A stretch of DNA of 64,000 bases, taken from assembly GCA_047495785.1 (NCBI GenBank), contig JBLDXI010000007.1:1922001-1986000 (forward strand), written 5' to 3'. The DNA comes from Lepidodermella squamata (lineage: Eukaryota > Animalia > Gastrotricha). The notes under the pieces are model-generated. The model had not been told where the DNA came from. It saw only the letters and a program-made list of their open reading frames with translations, and ran no database searches. The first letter of the stretch is position 1, and each line of letters begins with the position of its first letter. Shown here piece by piece: positions 52,801 to 64,000 of the stretch. The translations under genes and the position numbers were made by a program.

Positions 52801-55800
52801 GGCAAACGTAACAAAGCCAAAGCCCTTCGAGCCGCGCTCATTGAAAATAATTTCAACGTCAAGAATAGGTCCGAATTGCTAAAGATAAAAAAAAATCCGG
52901 AAATATTGAAATAATTAAGGTGGATTTTTAATACTCACTCCAAGAAGAGTTCTGAGATCGGCCTCACGGAAACGGAAGGGGATGTTGGAAACGTGGAGCC
53001 GTTTAGCGCCGGCAGCGGCTGCAGCGGCGGCGGCCGCAGCTGCGTTATTCGCCGAGTTCTGAGCGTTCGCTGCAGCGTTGGCGGCTTGCTGCGAAGCTGA
53101 ACCATTTCCCGATAGTTTTTGGCAATCACCCATAGACGAAGAAGACGAATCATTCTGTGGCATCGAAAATAAAATCGATTTTGAAATTTTCGATTTTCAA
53201 GAAATGATAATAATATCATTAGGCTATATAAATGTTTTACTTACTTGCTCAGCCATGAGCGCGCGCGCAAAAATATACGCTTGAGCTATACTAATGCAGG
53301 CCTAGTGTGAATGCTGCGATCGGCGCGACGCGCTGATTTGACAGGCAATGAGGCTCGAAATCTAATCCACGACGTCACTTTCTCGAGTAGAACGTCAATT
53401 TCAATTTAAATCCTACCAGCGGCAGCAGCGTCGACAGATAAACACGCGCGAGTAATAAAAATAAATCGAGCATGGCAGTGACTATCCCGGGGGCGCGCGG
53501 CGTTAATTTTAAACAGACAACTAACCATAGCGACAAGATCGACGGGTTGCTGACTAGTCATAAGGCAAAGACCGTTCGAGTTCGACGAGGATGAAGGCAC
53601 CGTGTTGGAAGAGGACGAGGTCTGTTGGGTATTGGCCGGGTTCTGTTGCTGTTGTTGCTGCTGTTGTTGCTGCTGTTGTTGCTCGGCGACCTGCGCCGCA
53701 AACGCAGCCGCAACTAGCGCTTGTTGATAGGCAGGGTCGGAAGACGCCGTTCGACCAACTTCTTCACCCGCTTTCGCAGGCGGTTGAACTGAAGGCTGGG
53801 TTTGGCCGGCATTAGCAGCCGCCGCGGCGACTGAGGCGCCAGAATTCGTAACGGGAACAGGAGCAGCAGACATTGGATAGCCAGCGCCGGCAGTCATGGG
53901 ACTCTGAAGAATAGCCTATATGAAAAAATTCAGGGTAAATCCGGCCAATAAAAAGATGATAAAAATGTAAATAAATAAACTATTAGGGTGGATGAATCGC
54001 GCGAGTTATAATAGCGGACTGCTGGTAGTGCAGTATGACAGATGCAGCACAGTAAAAATCTGTCGAGCGAATGCTAATTATATTAAGAGAAGCGACCGTG
54101 ATCATTAAAACGCAATGGATTCGGAAAGGCGCGACTTGCGCGCAACATCTGTTTGCGAGCAATAAAATGCGCGCGCGCAACGGGTTGTTTGACACGGAGC
54201 GCGCGCTCCTTCTTGCGCGTGCATGGCGACAGCGCAGGAAGAATTATGAGTAATGGGGGTAAAGCTGCTGCTGGCGAGGCTCCGGAGCGAGGTCAAGTCG
54301 AAAATTATACACAAACACGCGCGTTCTCGGGCTAGTATTAACGTTCGGCCGCACGCAATGCCGTTACACAACAATCGCGACCGAATTTAAGACAGATGAA
54401 GATATTATTTCGATTCACTCGAAAAAGCGTGATGATACATCTTCGCCCACTCGTCGTACTGGTAAGAGATAGCGATACAAATAATAGTAATAATAAAAGA
54501 ATTATATCTGGCGTAGAAGTAGTCTAAAAGAATATTTTTATATAAATAATCTTAATAATAATGGAAATAAAATCGAGGCAAAGTGACGATGTGCACAGAT
54601 CGACAAGGACTTGACTATAGGCGAATACTGCTACTAGTCGCGCCGCCGCGGGTATAAGCGCTGCTAGTTTTCGGCGAAATCAATCGATCTTCGAATGCGC
54701 GGATAAAGCGGCGACGAAAAGAGCGCGCAACATATGGAATGTGCGCAATAAATGAATGATGTGCCATAGACAGCAGCAGCAGCAGCGAATCTCAAGAGAA
54801 AACAGCGAGAGACACTTTCATATTGCGAATAAAATACGGCTTCTCTGTTTCCGCGGCCATGCACTGCAGCAGCTGCTGAAAGGAACAACGCTCGGCAACA
54901 ATCCTTCGGGGAGCGACGCAGCGCGCCACAAACAAGCGGACAAGTATACGGGCAATATAGCCGTTGATTGGAAACAGTGGCGCGGGTGCGGCGTATAGAT
55001 TAAACTTAAATAAAATTATCACGCAGAAAATGTCACTTTTCGTCGCCGATTTTCTGTGATATATAGAAGGCGAAATGACAGCTTTCGAGAGAAATATTCG
55101 CTTAGAGACTAGCCATGTGTGTATATAAATTGCGGATGATAATGCGTTTGCTAGGCCGAACACGCAATCACCCCATGCACTGGTTCGATAGATAGCAGGC
55201 CGCTAATTCAGCAGCTTCGGTGTGAACGCGAGAAAAAAATCCACAAAAATTGCACTGGCCAGAGTAAAAACTAGGGCGATTAACGGCGGCGATAAAGTAA
55301 GAATTTCAGAATTCAACTTTTGGCCATGTTTCATGAGGGCCAAATTAAGTTAAAATAGAGATGTATCTAATGATTTAAGTTGCGCTTATACAGTCACCTG
55401 CGGAACTTCGTCAAGACAGACGCAAGCAGGCAGAAATAGACAGAGAGACAAAAGGCGCAATGCTATCAGAGCCTCATCATCAAGTTGAAGAGTTTAACTC
55501 GGTTGAGGTGAACACAAGCTGGGAACCTCGCGTCGGCGCGTGCCCGTATACCAACCAACCAACCAGGTCGAGAAAAGCGCGAGGGTTTTGCGCGCTTGTG
55601 ATGAATGTTCTGCGGTCAGCGGCAGGTGAAACGTGCAATAAAGAGTGCAATAAAGCTAGTAATGGCGCCATGCCGACTGACTCATTTGCACGAACACATT
55701 CGCTGTGAGCTTCAAAGTGCTAACGCCGAGCTTCGAACAAGCGCGCTGCATTCATTAGTGTACCTGAGCGGGCGATTATTAGCACGGATTAAGGTGGTAA

Positions 55801-57421
55801 CATAGCCGCGAATAAACAAAATAATAATAATACTAATATTTTAGCTTGCAATGAAGCGATAAATTATGCGGCGCGGCAAGTGTTCATTAATAGCGATCAA
55901 CAAAGATAACCAGAAAAAATATAACGACAAAAAACGTACAAGTTCGGCAAGGCTTTGAGCCGATAGAAGGCCAGCTGCGTTCGTAGGAAACCAAATAGCC
56001 ATTACTTATGATTAAAATTACTGGCAATAATTCAAAAATGTTCCTGCTTAATACTGCTACTGTGTTGACTAAATTGCGAAATATATTGGAATTTTAAGAT
56101 GGATTGGGCCAATTGAAACGGTTCGATGATCTCATAGGAGTCTCTACCACTTCACTAGTATATCATCGAACGCGCAATAAACTCCCAAGAGAGGGTAGAG
56201 AGTCTATATCATATCTTTTCCCTTGACTAGAGACGGTACCGGAACGATAAACACAGCGCCCAGTGAAAGACCGAACCCAGCCGACTACAATAAAATATTC
56301 TTAATAATACATAGACGTATTGTTATAATATTATTCGTGCGATTGTATATATTGTTAACTGTAATACGGAGGCGCGGCGAAATATTTCTATTATTACGGT
56401 ATTATATAAGGCCGTTGGGGGTTTCGAACGTCGAGAGAAAATTTCGACGCGGCCAATATACGTGTTGGCGAGAGATCGCGAGCGATATTATAGACCGGGA
56501 TGAGAAATACGAGCCGTTGCTGGCATCGGCATACACAAACATCAAAACCAAACCAGTCAGGGGTGCCGTGACGGGAATGTGCTATAACACGGCCGGTTCT
56601 CTATTAAATATCTGGCGTAGTAATACTATTAGACTTTTTGCCATTATAAATATTATACAGATGCGATGGTACTGGTGGTATACTTGGTGGCGCGCCCAGT
56701 CAGAACTCTCGATAGTAAATCCCAAATTACACGAGCATTAGTCGAGCCAGGGTGAGTGAGCAATGTGCAAAAGTGCGCGCGCGCGTACCCAGATGTGTTG
56801 TATTTACGATCGGGAGCAAGCGCGCGCACGCGCAAGACCGAAAAGATGGAAATATTAGTTTTATTACAGTGCCAGGAGCGAATCGCGCGCGCGCTTCTAG
56901 ATAGATTACCGAACAACATAGACACAACAACAACAACAACAACAACCGGAGATTACCCGAGACGAATCTGCCAGGAGGAGGAAATTAACGATAAAACTTA
57001 CATTCAAAGCAACGTTAAGGCTACTTAACGTTATGTCATCTTCACTAGGCGGGATAATTGCGCCCGTGCGCTTGCCAAGGTTCAACAGGGGCAAGTCAGC
57101 GTGGCTCATCGTTGGCGGCTGTTTATCAGGTGATGGCCAGAAAAATTTCGCCCAAACGAAATCAGGTTGCGACGAGAGCGAAGACGTCGACGAGCTGGGC
57201 GAAACAGCCCCGGACGAGGGCGATTGCGGCACCGAAGCCTGGCGCTGTTGTTGCTGCTGCTTGGCTATCAACAACTGCTGTTGGCGTTGCAGGCTATTGA
57301 TCACCTGAGCCGCCGACATTTCGGACAGGTTGAAGCAGTTGCTTGAATCGCAAAGCACGTACGGCGAGTGGTGGGCATGGAGCATGCGATTCGGTTGAAG
57401 GCTAATTGTTGAGGCAGGCAT
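49826..57421 (-). CDS. RBFOX: RNA-binding Fox-1 homologue; exons 57421-57002, 53915-53526 (or micro first exon 53256-53245), 53154-~52940, ~52878-52732, 51172-51100, ~50646-50406, ~50346-49933, 49873-49826
   Basis: [48 protein letters not shown]|[12 protein letters not shown]-rich tail, C-terminal RFSPY*. The 5'-most exon is less certain. Confidence 0.92.
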
Positions 57422-60209
57422 GTTCGGCGATGATTTTTTATCTTCAATAAACGACAACACCATTACTGCGCACTGGCGGCGACGACGACGACAAGACGAC
57501 GACGATAGAAAAAAATCGAACACGCAATCGATGCTTACTACGGCTACAGGCTTTTGGGTACGAATCAGGCTAAATTCGACGCTATACTAATTTTAGCTCG
57601 TACGAACAGGAAATGAGTGAAATGACATGAACGACGAACAAACGCAAAAACTGCGGCGGGATGACCTGGCCCCACCGCTCAAACGGTTTTATTAGATTTA
57701 ATTAGACGGCGCGCAGTTGCTCAAAAGACAAGATGAGGTCACTCCCGGTTTTATTATACGCGCGCGTATTAGTAATAAACATAGGTTTAATTGATAAATT
57801 GTACGCCGTTCTTAAATTGGACCTACCTTTTTACAGTTCAGGGTTATCGACCTGCCGCATTTTGTTGGATAAAAATGAGGAAAAATATTTCTACGATAAC
57901 GACAAAAATGATCGAAAATATGAAAGAATTGAAATGAAGAAAAGGCAAAGATATATTTGGAAAAGGTGTACATTCATGTATGAACATTTCGATTGCATGA
58001 GCATGGCTAGTTTACGGCCGAAACGTCGGGTTCACCATCTGATCGCGGAATAAAATAATGACTATAATATGTGCGTCCTCCCCCGATTTTTGGGAGTAGA
58101 TGAAAGCATTTCACCTGTGAATATCTGAGTCCGAGTCGGGCAATTACGATTTCTAAGAAGCTCAATTAATTGCCTTTCATGGCGAGCTTGAAAGTGAGAG
58201 GCCCGAAAATTCGGGAAGAATATTTAAACGCCCTTAGGCTCTTGAACTTCGAATTGGCTATACTTAAAATGTAAAATTATGAAACGAAGCTAAATTCCAT
58301 CGCTTATATAATCAGGTGATCTGCGGCATTTCCGACACAGTTCAATGGAAATTTTAGACTGAGAACAATTACGTTTCAGCTATTGAATAATTTCCAAATC
58401 ATTCTCATGCCTTGATATTTTTTTTGGTTTTTTTGGTCCATAAATTGACGGAATAAAAAAGATAGGTAATAGCTTGAAGAGAAATTAGGAGAAAATTCTG
58501 CTCATTCGCTATTGTGATAGGTACTGCGTCATAGAAATAGCTGTAAATCACACAAGGGAATCGAATCGGATTAACACACTTTTGAAGGCAGAGGGATCCT
58601 TCAGTTAAATGAACTCATTAAAAAATGCGCTATTTTTAAACAAAAAACCCAAGTTCCAAGACGCCACTAAATTACTAAAATAGCATTTTCACGCGCAGAT
58701 CGATTGCGGAACGATAAAAATAATTAAGTCAACCCAAAGAATTTAGTAACAGAAAGAAAATCTGCGAATCCATGCAAGTAGATGTAAGTAGCCGCATATC
58801 TACTATGACGCTCGCAATTAGTGCCCAGTTTCAATTCTGTAATATGTTCCACTTCAAGCATTTTCCTTGCGATGCTCGAGGAGCGATGCCTCGAATTTTT
58901 AATCGGATTTCGATAAATCCAGGAAATAATGGTAAGAAAGCTATTTTATGTGAAGAGAGAGCCGAAATATAATCTTAATTAATTCGCTAAAAATTATCTG
59001 CCATTTCATTTAGTGGGTTAAGAGATATGGCCTTGAAAAAAGTTGGTATTAATTTTTAAAGTTTTACGTGTATTTCTGACGGGAATTTGCGAATCAAGTG
59101 TTTACTGTGGTCTATGGCCCGTGGCCATTATTTTTACAGCAGAATAGTAGCTATTTTCGCAGTAATAAACGCAGATTTTCGCGCTGAAAGATACACAAGG
59201 TGCTGTACCTGAGGGCACAGCATCGAAAAAACGCGATGAGCAGCTGCATCAAAAAATTGAAGTCGGTTAAATGTGCCGTGTGCTGCCTGTTTGCATACCT
59301 CTGGCAGCCTTGTGTCGTAAAAAATTATATGATGATAGCTTTAATGATAATAAATACCTACTTTTACACAGGTAAGTAGCGCTACTAAATGGGAGTTTCA
59401 TCCGCGCGCGCTCACTCATACCCTGGCGCTATATTTCTTGCATTTATTTTATTTAGGACCTGTCGCGTGTCAAACGTCAAAGGCCCTATTTAAGCGAAGA
59501 AGTCAGCGATGAAAACTCCAGGCGTCTTTCACTCGCTCTTTATGATCAGAAGCAAGAAGAATCTTAGTTTGGTAAGAAGATGTTGACTCGAGATAATGAG
59601 CCGAAAAATATTTAATTAATGGCTCTTAGTTCGTTGTTTTTTGGCGCGAAAAGTTTAGAGAAATATACCTACCCAGGCCAGCATGTGATAGCCGAATTAT
59701 CCTAATAACACGTCCTAAAACTTTCCACTGCGTTGTTTTTGAAGGCAGTGAGCCAGACAACGTGTCTATTATAAAATATGCATGTCTCGAAAAGCACGCC
59801 CTGCTTGTTAGCAGTAATATTATTACTATTATGTCAGGTGGAACGCCATAACGTTGTATTACAGTATCTAAATTGCAAATATACGTATTTTATGGCCCTA
59901 TTGCCACGTTTTTTATGCATGCCTCGGCGGTGCCGAGCTTTCAGCCAGCCCAAGTTCATTAGTCGCATTATTTTCTCGCTTCGTTTCGTCCTGAAATTCG
60001 AATCATTAACCCTTCAAATTAAATCATTTCATTTACATAGCAAAAACACGATTTCTGGTGCTTCGAAAATTAGTTTATTTCACACTTTTTATTGAAAATA
60101 CAACAGGGCTGCGGGAGGCCTATCACTGAGTCATCTATGACACCAGACTTCGAATCGAGCATGAAACAATTCTTGGATGATAAAAAATGTGATCAGTCGG
60201 GGTTTGTGT

Positions 60210-61297
60210 TTAACGGCGGTTGTTTGATCCACCTCGCATGCCGAAAATATACGCCAGGCGCATGAAGATATTCAGGGTATCCATGTAGATACCAAGAGAT
60301 CTGAAAGAATCGATGAAAATTAAATTGCTCTTATAATGCCAAGACTTACGAATTGACTGGGTCGAATGGGCGAGGGGCGTATAGTGGGTATGTCTCGGCT
60401 TTATGTGCGATTTTTTGCGTGTCGTGGAGGAGGAAAGCGGAGAAGAGGACCAGACCGCCGTAGATCCAAATCGAAGCCATACCCGCGAAAAGTCGGGTAT
60501 GAGGCGGTACGAACATGCTGCCGATCGAGGCGGCAAAAACTGCGCCAAGGCCTAGTGCCAACGGAGCGCCCATATTCAAGAATTTCTCAGACGGGGCGAC
60601 CCAGGCGAGGGCTGAGAGGCCGCCGCAGAGACCGGCGGTGGTCCACGCTGCCTGGATTAGGACAGTTCCGCCCAGCATTGACAACGGTGCGATGACTGCA
60701 CCCATCAGAGCGGCATGCGCGAGCCATGCAAATTGCTTAGGACCGACCCCAGGCGCGTATGGGACTGAAAAATATCGAATTTAAACCAATCAATAACAAC
60801 GATTTTCAAGTCTTACTAGACTGGGTCACCAAGTTAGTTCCAATCAAAGCCGCCAAAGTGCAACCGAATGCAAGCATTGAGTTTTTGGAGAACAAAGCGA
60901 GAACACGTGGCGATCGCGCAACGGCAATAGCCGATCCGGCGGTAACGGCTATTCCACTTCCGAAATAGAAATAGGTATCAGCAACACGTTGCCTGACGTA
61001 AGCCGACCAAAGGAGAGATCGCTCTGCCAGGCCGATGTTGTTCGAAAGGCCGGCTCCGTAGTAGCAGAGAGCGCCCAGACCTACCAAGGACGAACCGGCT
61101 AGGATACCCTTCCCAACTGAAAAATTGCCGGCAGAAGGCGCCATCAGCCACTCTTTCATCGACTGACGGGCTGGTCGGGAAATAGTTTGAGGACCAGCTT
61201 TAGCAGTTGACCGGATCCCTTGAGAAAGGACCATTCGGGTGCCAGAAACCAAACCTGGTGAGGCTAGACAGCCTCGAAGAGCAAGTCGTGATAACAT
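60210..61297 (-). CDS. GHITM: Growth hormone-inducible transmembrane protein (TMBIM5/MICS1), 3 exons
   Basis: Mitochondrial presequence, GLGALCYYG, W..YVRQR..TY.YFG, APSEKFLNMGAPL, YGGLVLFS.FLL.DTQK, FDPVN, IYMDTLNIFMR. Confidence 0.95.
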
Positions 61298-61412
61298 TGT
61301 TTTTTCAAATAAAGTTTCTACACATGATAACGTAAAAAGTAAAGAAACCGGTTTTGTTAACAGAAAAAGTTGAAACACAGTTTGATCAAATTCAGGGCTA
61401 AGAATATCACAT

Positions 61413-63389
61413 TTAGGCCAGCTCAGACATAAGCGATGAATTGTTGCCTACAAAACTCGGCTCCGGCTTGGCCGTTACTGCCAAAATATTCTCAGGGGTC
61501 GGCAACAGGTTCGAAAGTAGACTGCAGCTAGGCTTCGCCGAAAACGTGTACAACTTCGAAATTGTGGTCAGCATATTCTCGAGATCAGAATCATCAGGTC
61601 GCAGGCAAAGGGCCCGGTCAATGTATCGAATCGCCTGCTCGTACTTTCGATCCAAAGCTAGGGCGAGAGCTAGCGCAACGTGGGTATCAGCGTGACGAGA
61701 GTCGAAGTTCAGAGCTCTTCGGTGATAATCAGCTGCAACGTCGTATTTCTTCAATTTTCGATTAACATGGCCGAGATTGTTGTACAAAATCGCCAGCTGA
61801 CGACCATCGCCAACTTTTTCGACCAGCTGAGTCGCGGCGTTGAGCAAATAATCAGCTTCGTGAAGCAAACGATCCGATTCTGCGCTACTCGCAGTAGCAC
61901 CCGAGGTACTCGTTGATGGAGAAACGGATGTGTAAAATGAATGAACAGCGAATGCACATAACGCATCTGGAGACATCGGGTCACTTTGACGGGCTTGTTC
62001 GAAGAAGTGACGGGCATTAATCAAACTGCCGGCCATCATATGCATTAGACCTATGCATAAAAATGGCATTACTGAGCCAGGTGCGACTTGAGCAGCGGTA
62101 ACATAGGCCGTAAGAGCATGATCGTGTTCACGTTGGTCCGCGAATGAATGGCCTCGAGCTAACCATGCAGCCGCAAAATGTGGCTGACGTTGAACAGCAC
62201 GCGCAAATTGTTGCCTCGCGCCATCGTGATTACAAATTGCCAAATAGTAAACACCGGAAACGTAGCTGAAATTCGAAAATGCTAATCACCTCCAATAAAT
62301 TAGACGGAACAACTTACTAGCACATGGCTGAACCAGGCTCATTTTCGGCGAGAACAGATCCGAGCCGGAAAAGTTCGTTGTAATCACCAGTCGAGTAAAG
62401 AACAGCTACAAAAAGTAGCAGAGCTCGGTGATTGTGAGGATTACGTCGAACGCATGGCTCTAACAACCGCCTTGCACCGACGTAGTCCAGTTTCTGGTAT
62501 AAAGATTCTGCTTTAACGCAAATGAGATCAGCATCGTCGAGAAAATTGTCGTGCAACACGGCGATTATGTTATTTTCATCGGTTGAGTTGTTCATATTGA
62601 TATTCATTGGGGCAGTAGACGTCATTTGACAGTAAAGCAAGTAGGCAAAATTACGGCTCGAGTCGTTACTTCCGACGTTTTGACGCATAGCTGACAAAAT
62701 CTCAGCTTCTAAAACACTCGAAGTTGAAAATAAGAAGTTGCGAGAGAATAATATTCTTACTCTTTGTGGTGGGAAGCAGATTTCCAGTAGCCAGGGCGTC
62801 GAATGCCTCAATGCAGAAAACGTTATGTTGCAACGCCGAACGATAATGATGGACAGCAAGATCGATGTTGTTGAGAGACTTGAAAATTTCGGCGAGAAGG
62901 AGGTGACATGATGACTCCAGCTGATAGATAAATTCCCCTGAAAATGCCTCGGGCAATTCGTTCTTGGCGGGACGGAAATTACGCACAAAGGCGGAAACGC
63001 TCTCCATAAAGCCGTCAGCTTCCAACAACTGGAGCGCTGGGCCGACTTTGTGAGCCGAAAACTATAAATTGAATCGTAAGCACAGAAATACTAGCCATAA
63101 CCATAACACTTACGTAGCACTTGGCCATAAAATAAGTGAACAAAGGAGCTCCCTCATGCCACCTGTTAACTTTGATAAGATCAGCAGCTTGTACGAATTT
63201 TCCAGATAAAAACAGAGATTGCACAAGTAAAAGCTTCGCCGTCAAGTTATCGGGACATATTTTCACCAATTTGTCGCTCCAAAACACAGCAGAATTGAAG
63301 TTGAACTAATGGAAAAGTCAATTAAAGTTGCGAAGAAAACGACCCAATAGAATGCGAACCATTTTCAACTGATTCAAAATCTCAGACAT
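61413..63389 (-). CDS. CDC16: APC/C TPR subunit CDC16 (APC6), divergent, 5 exons
   Basis: SAVFWSDKL, FCIEAFDAL, AWLARGHSFA..REHDHA.TAY.TAA, NNLGHVNRKLKKY, and RAL.LRPDD TPR motifs. Confidence 0.85.
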
Positions 63390-64000
63390 GAGCTGCTGAA
63401 ATAACGGATTCTTCGTTGGATCCATTATCGTGAGCTGCAAACAAAATTCTAGTTAAAAGAAAACAGCAAATGAAAGAAAAAACCGGGCACAGAGGAACTG
63501 TGTGCGAGCATAAGTATTTCTGATCTGGGGAAAAATTCATCTGATAGGAAAGAACAATAATACACTGCACGGCAACGAGCAAAACGAGCTAAGGAGCCAA
63601 ATTAATTGTCAAGGAAGTTCACGAGTGATTTCAAATGAAGTAAGTAAGTAATTCGATGGCATGTGGCCCGCAATTTCCCCCGGCTTGCTCAGATGTTTTT
63701 CCTTGCGCATAATTTCCGAGTTTCGAATGACGCTTAAGTTCCGAGACACGAGACATCACCAAGGTTGAGAGAGGCCTGAATGAAACTAGGCCAAAAATAC
63801 TAATGCGAACGTTCGAGAAATCTTGCATCACTCGCATTCTGAAAATTGCGCGCGCAAAGCGTAAAATGATTAATTTTTCGCGAAAATTGGCAACAGAGTT
63901 GACAGAAATCTTGTTTCTAAAGCATATGGAATTTGCTTGATCAATGTTGGTAAATTATTATACGGCAAGGTCATCTGATGTAGTGGGCCGCGAAATCTTT

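Noticed and set aside
56223-56741. 172-aa plus-strand ORF inside the RBFOX locus
   Set aside because: Non-ATG start, no recognisable domain, composition like non-coding DNA, and antisense to an RBFOX intron.
63631-63837. Minus-strand ORF upstream of CDC16
   Set aside because: No homology recognised. It may be UTR or the end of a gene outside the window.

Overview
This is eukaryotic (metazoan, invertebrate-like) genomic DNA from a compact genome with mostly 46-70 nt GT-AG introns; the species cannot be determined from this window. I reconstructed about 22 spliced protein genes by hand: DNA2 (partial), SLC25A36/33, a divergent Maf-type bZIP, a coiled-coil protein, SLC25A19, cytohesin, a Ser-rich orphan, a 3xCCP membrane protein, a divergent dynamin/Mx-like GTPase, three tandem RRM-CCHC genes, YIPF1/2, SDF2, CMTR2, JMJD4, macroH2A, PICK1, ALG11, a Ly6 protein, RBFOX, GHITM and CDC16. 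There are also two MITE-like elements and a decayed integrase element inside the CMTR2 intron. The strongest novel signal is in macroH2A: a tandemly duplicated, mutually exclusive macro-domain exon pair, covering a different segment from the vertebrate 1.1/1.2 switch, with each exon bracketed by its own perfect intronic inverted repeat in a crossed arrangement. Other highlights are operon-like gene spacing with unpaired splice acceptors (possible SL trans-splicing), a ~430 nt highly structured candidate ncRNA between DNA2 and SLC25A36, SRSF7-like paralogues with RGG or RD tails instead of RS (including a 1-nt intron slide), and a GCAUG cluster in RBFOX. All exon boundaries were read by eye and need RNA-seq confirmation.
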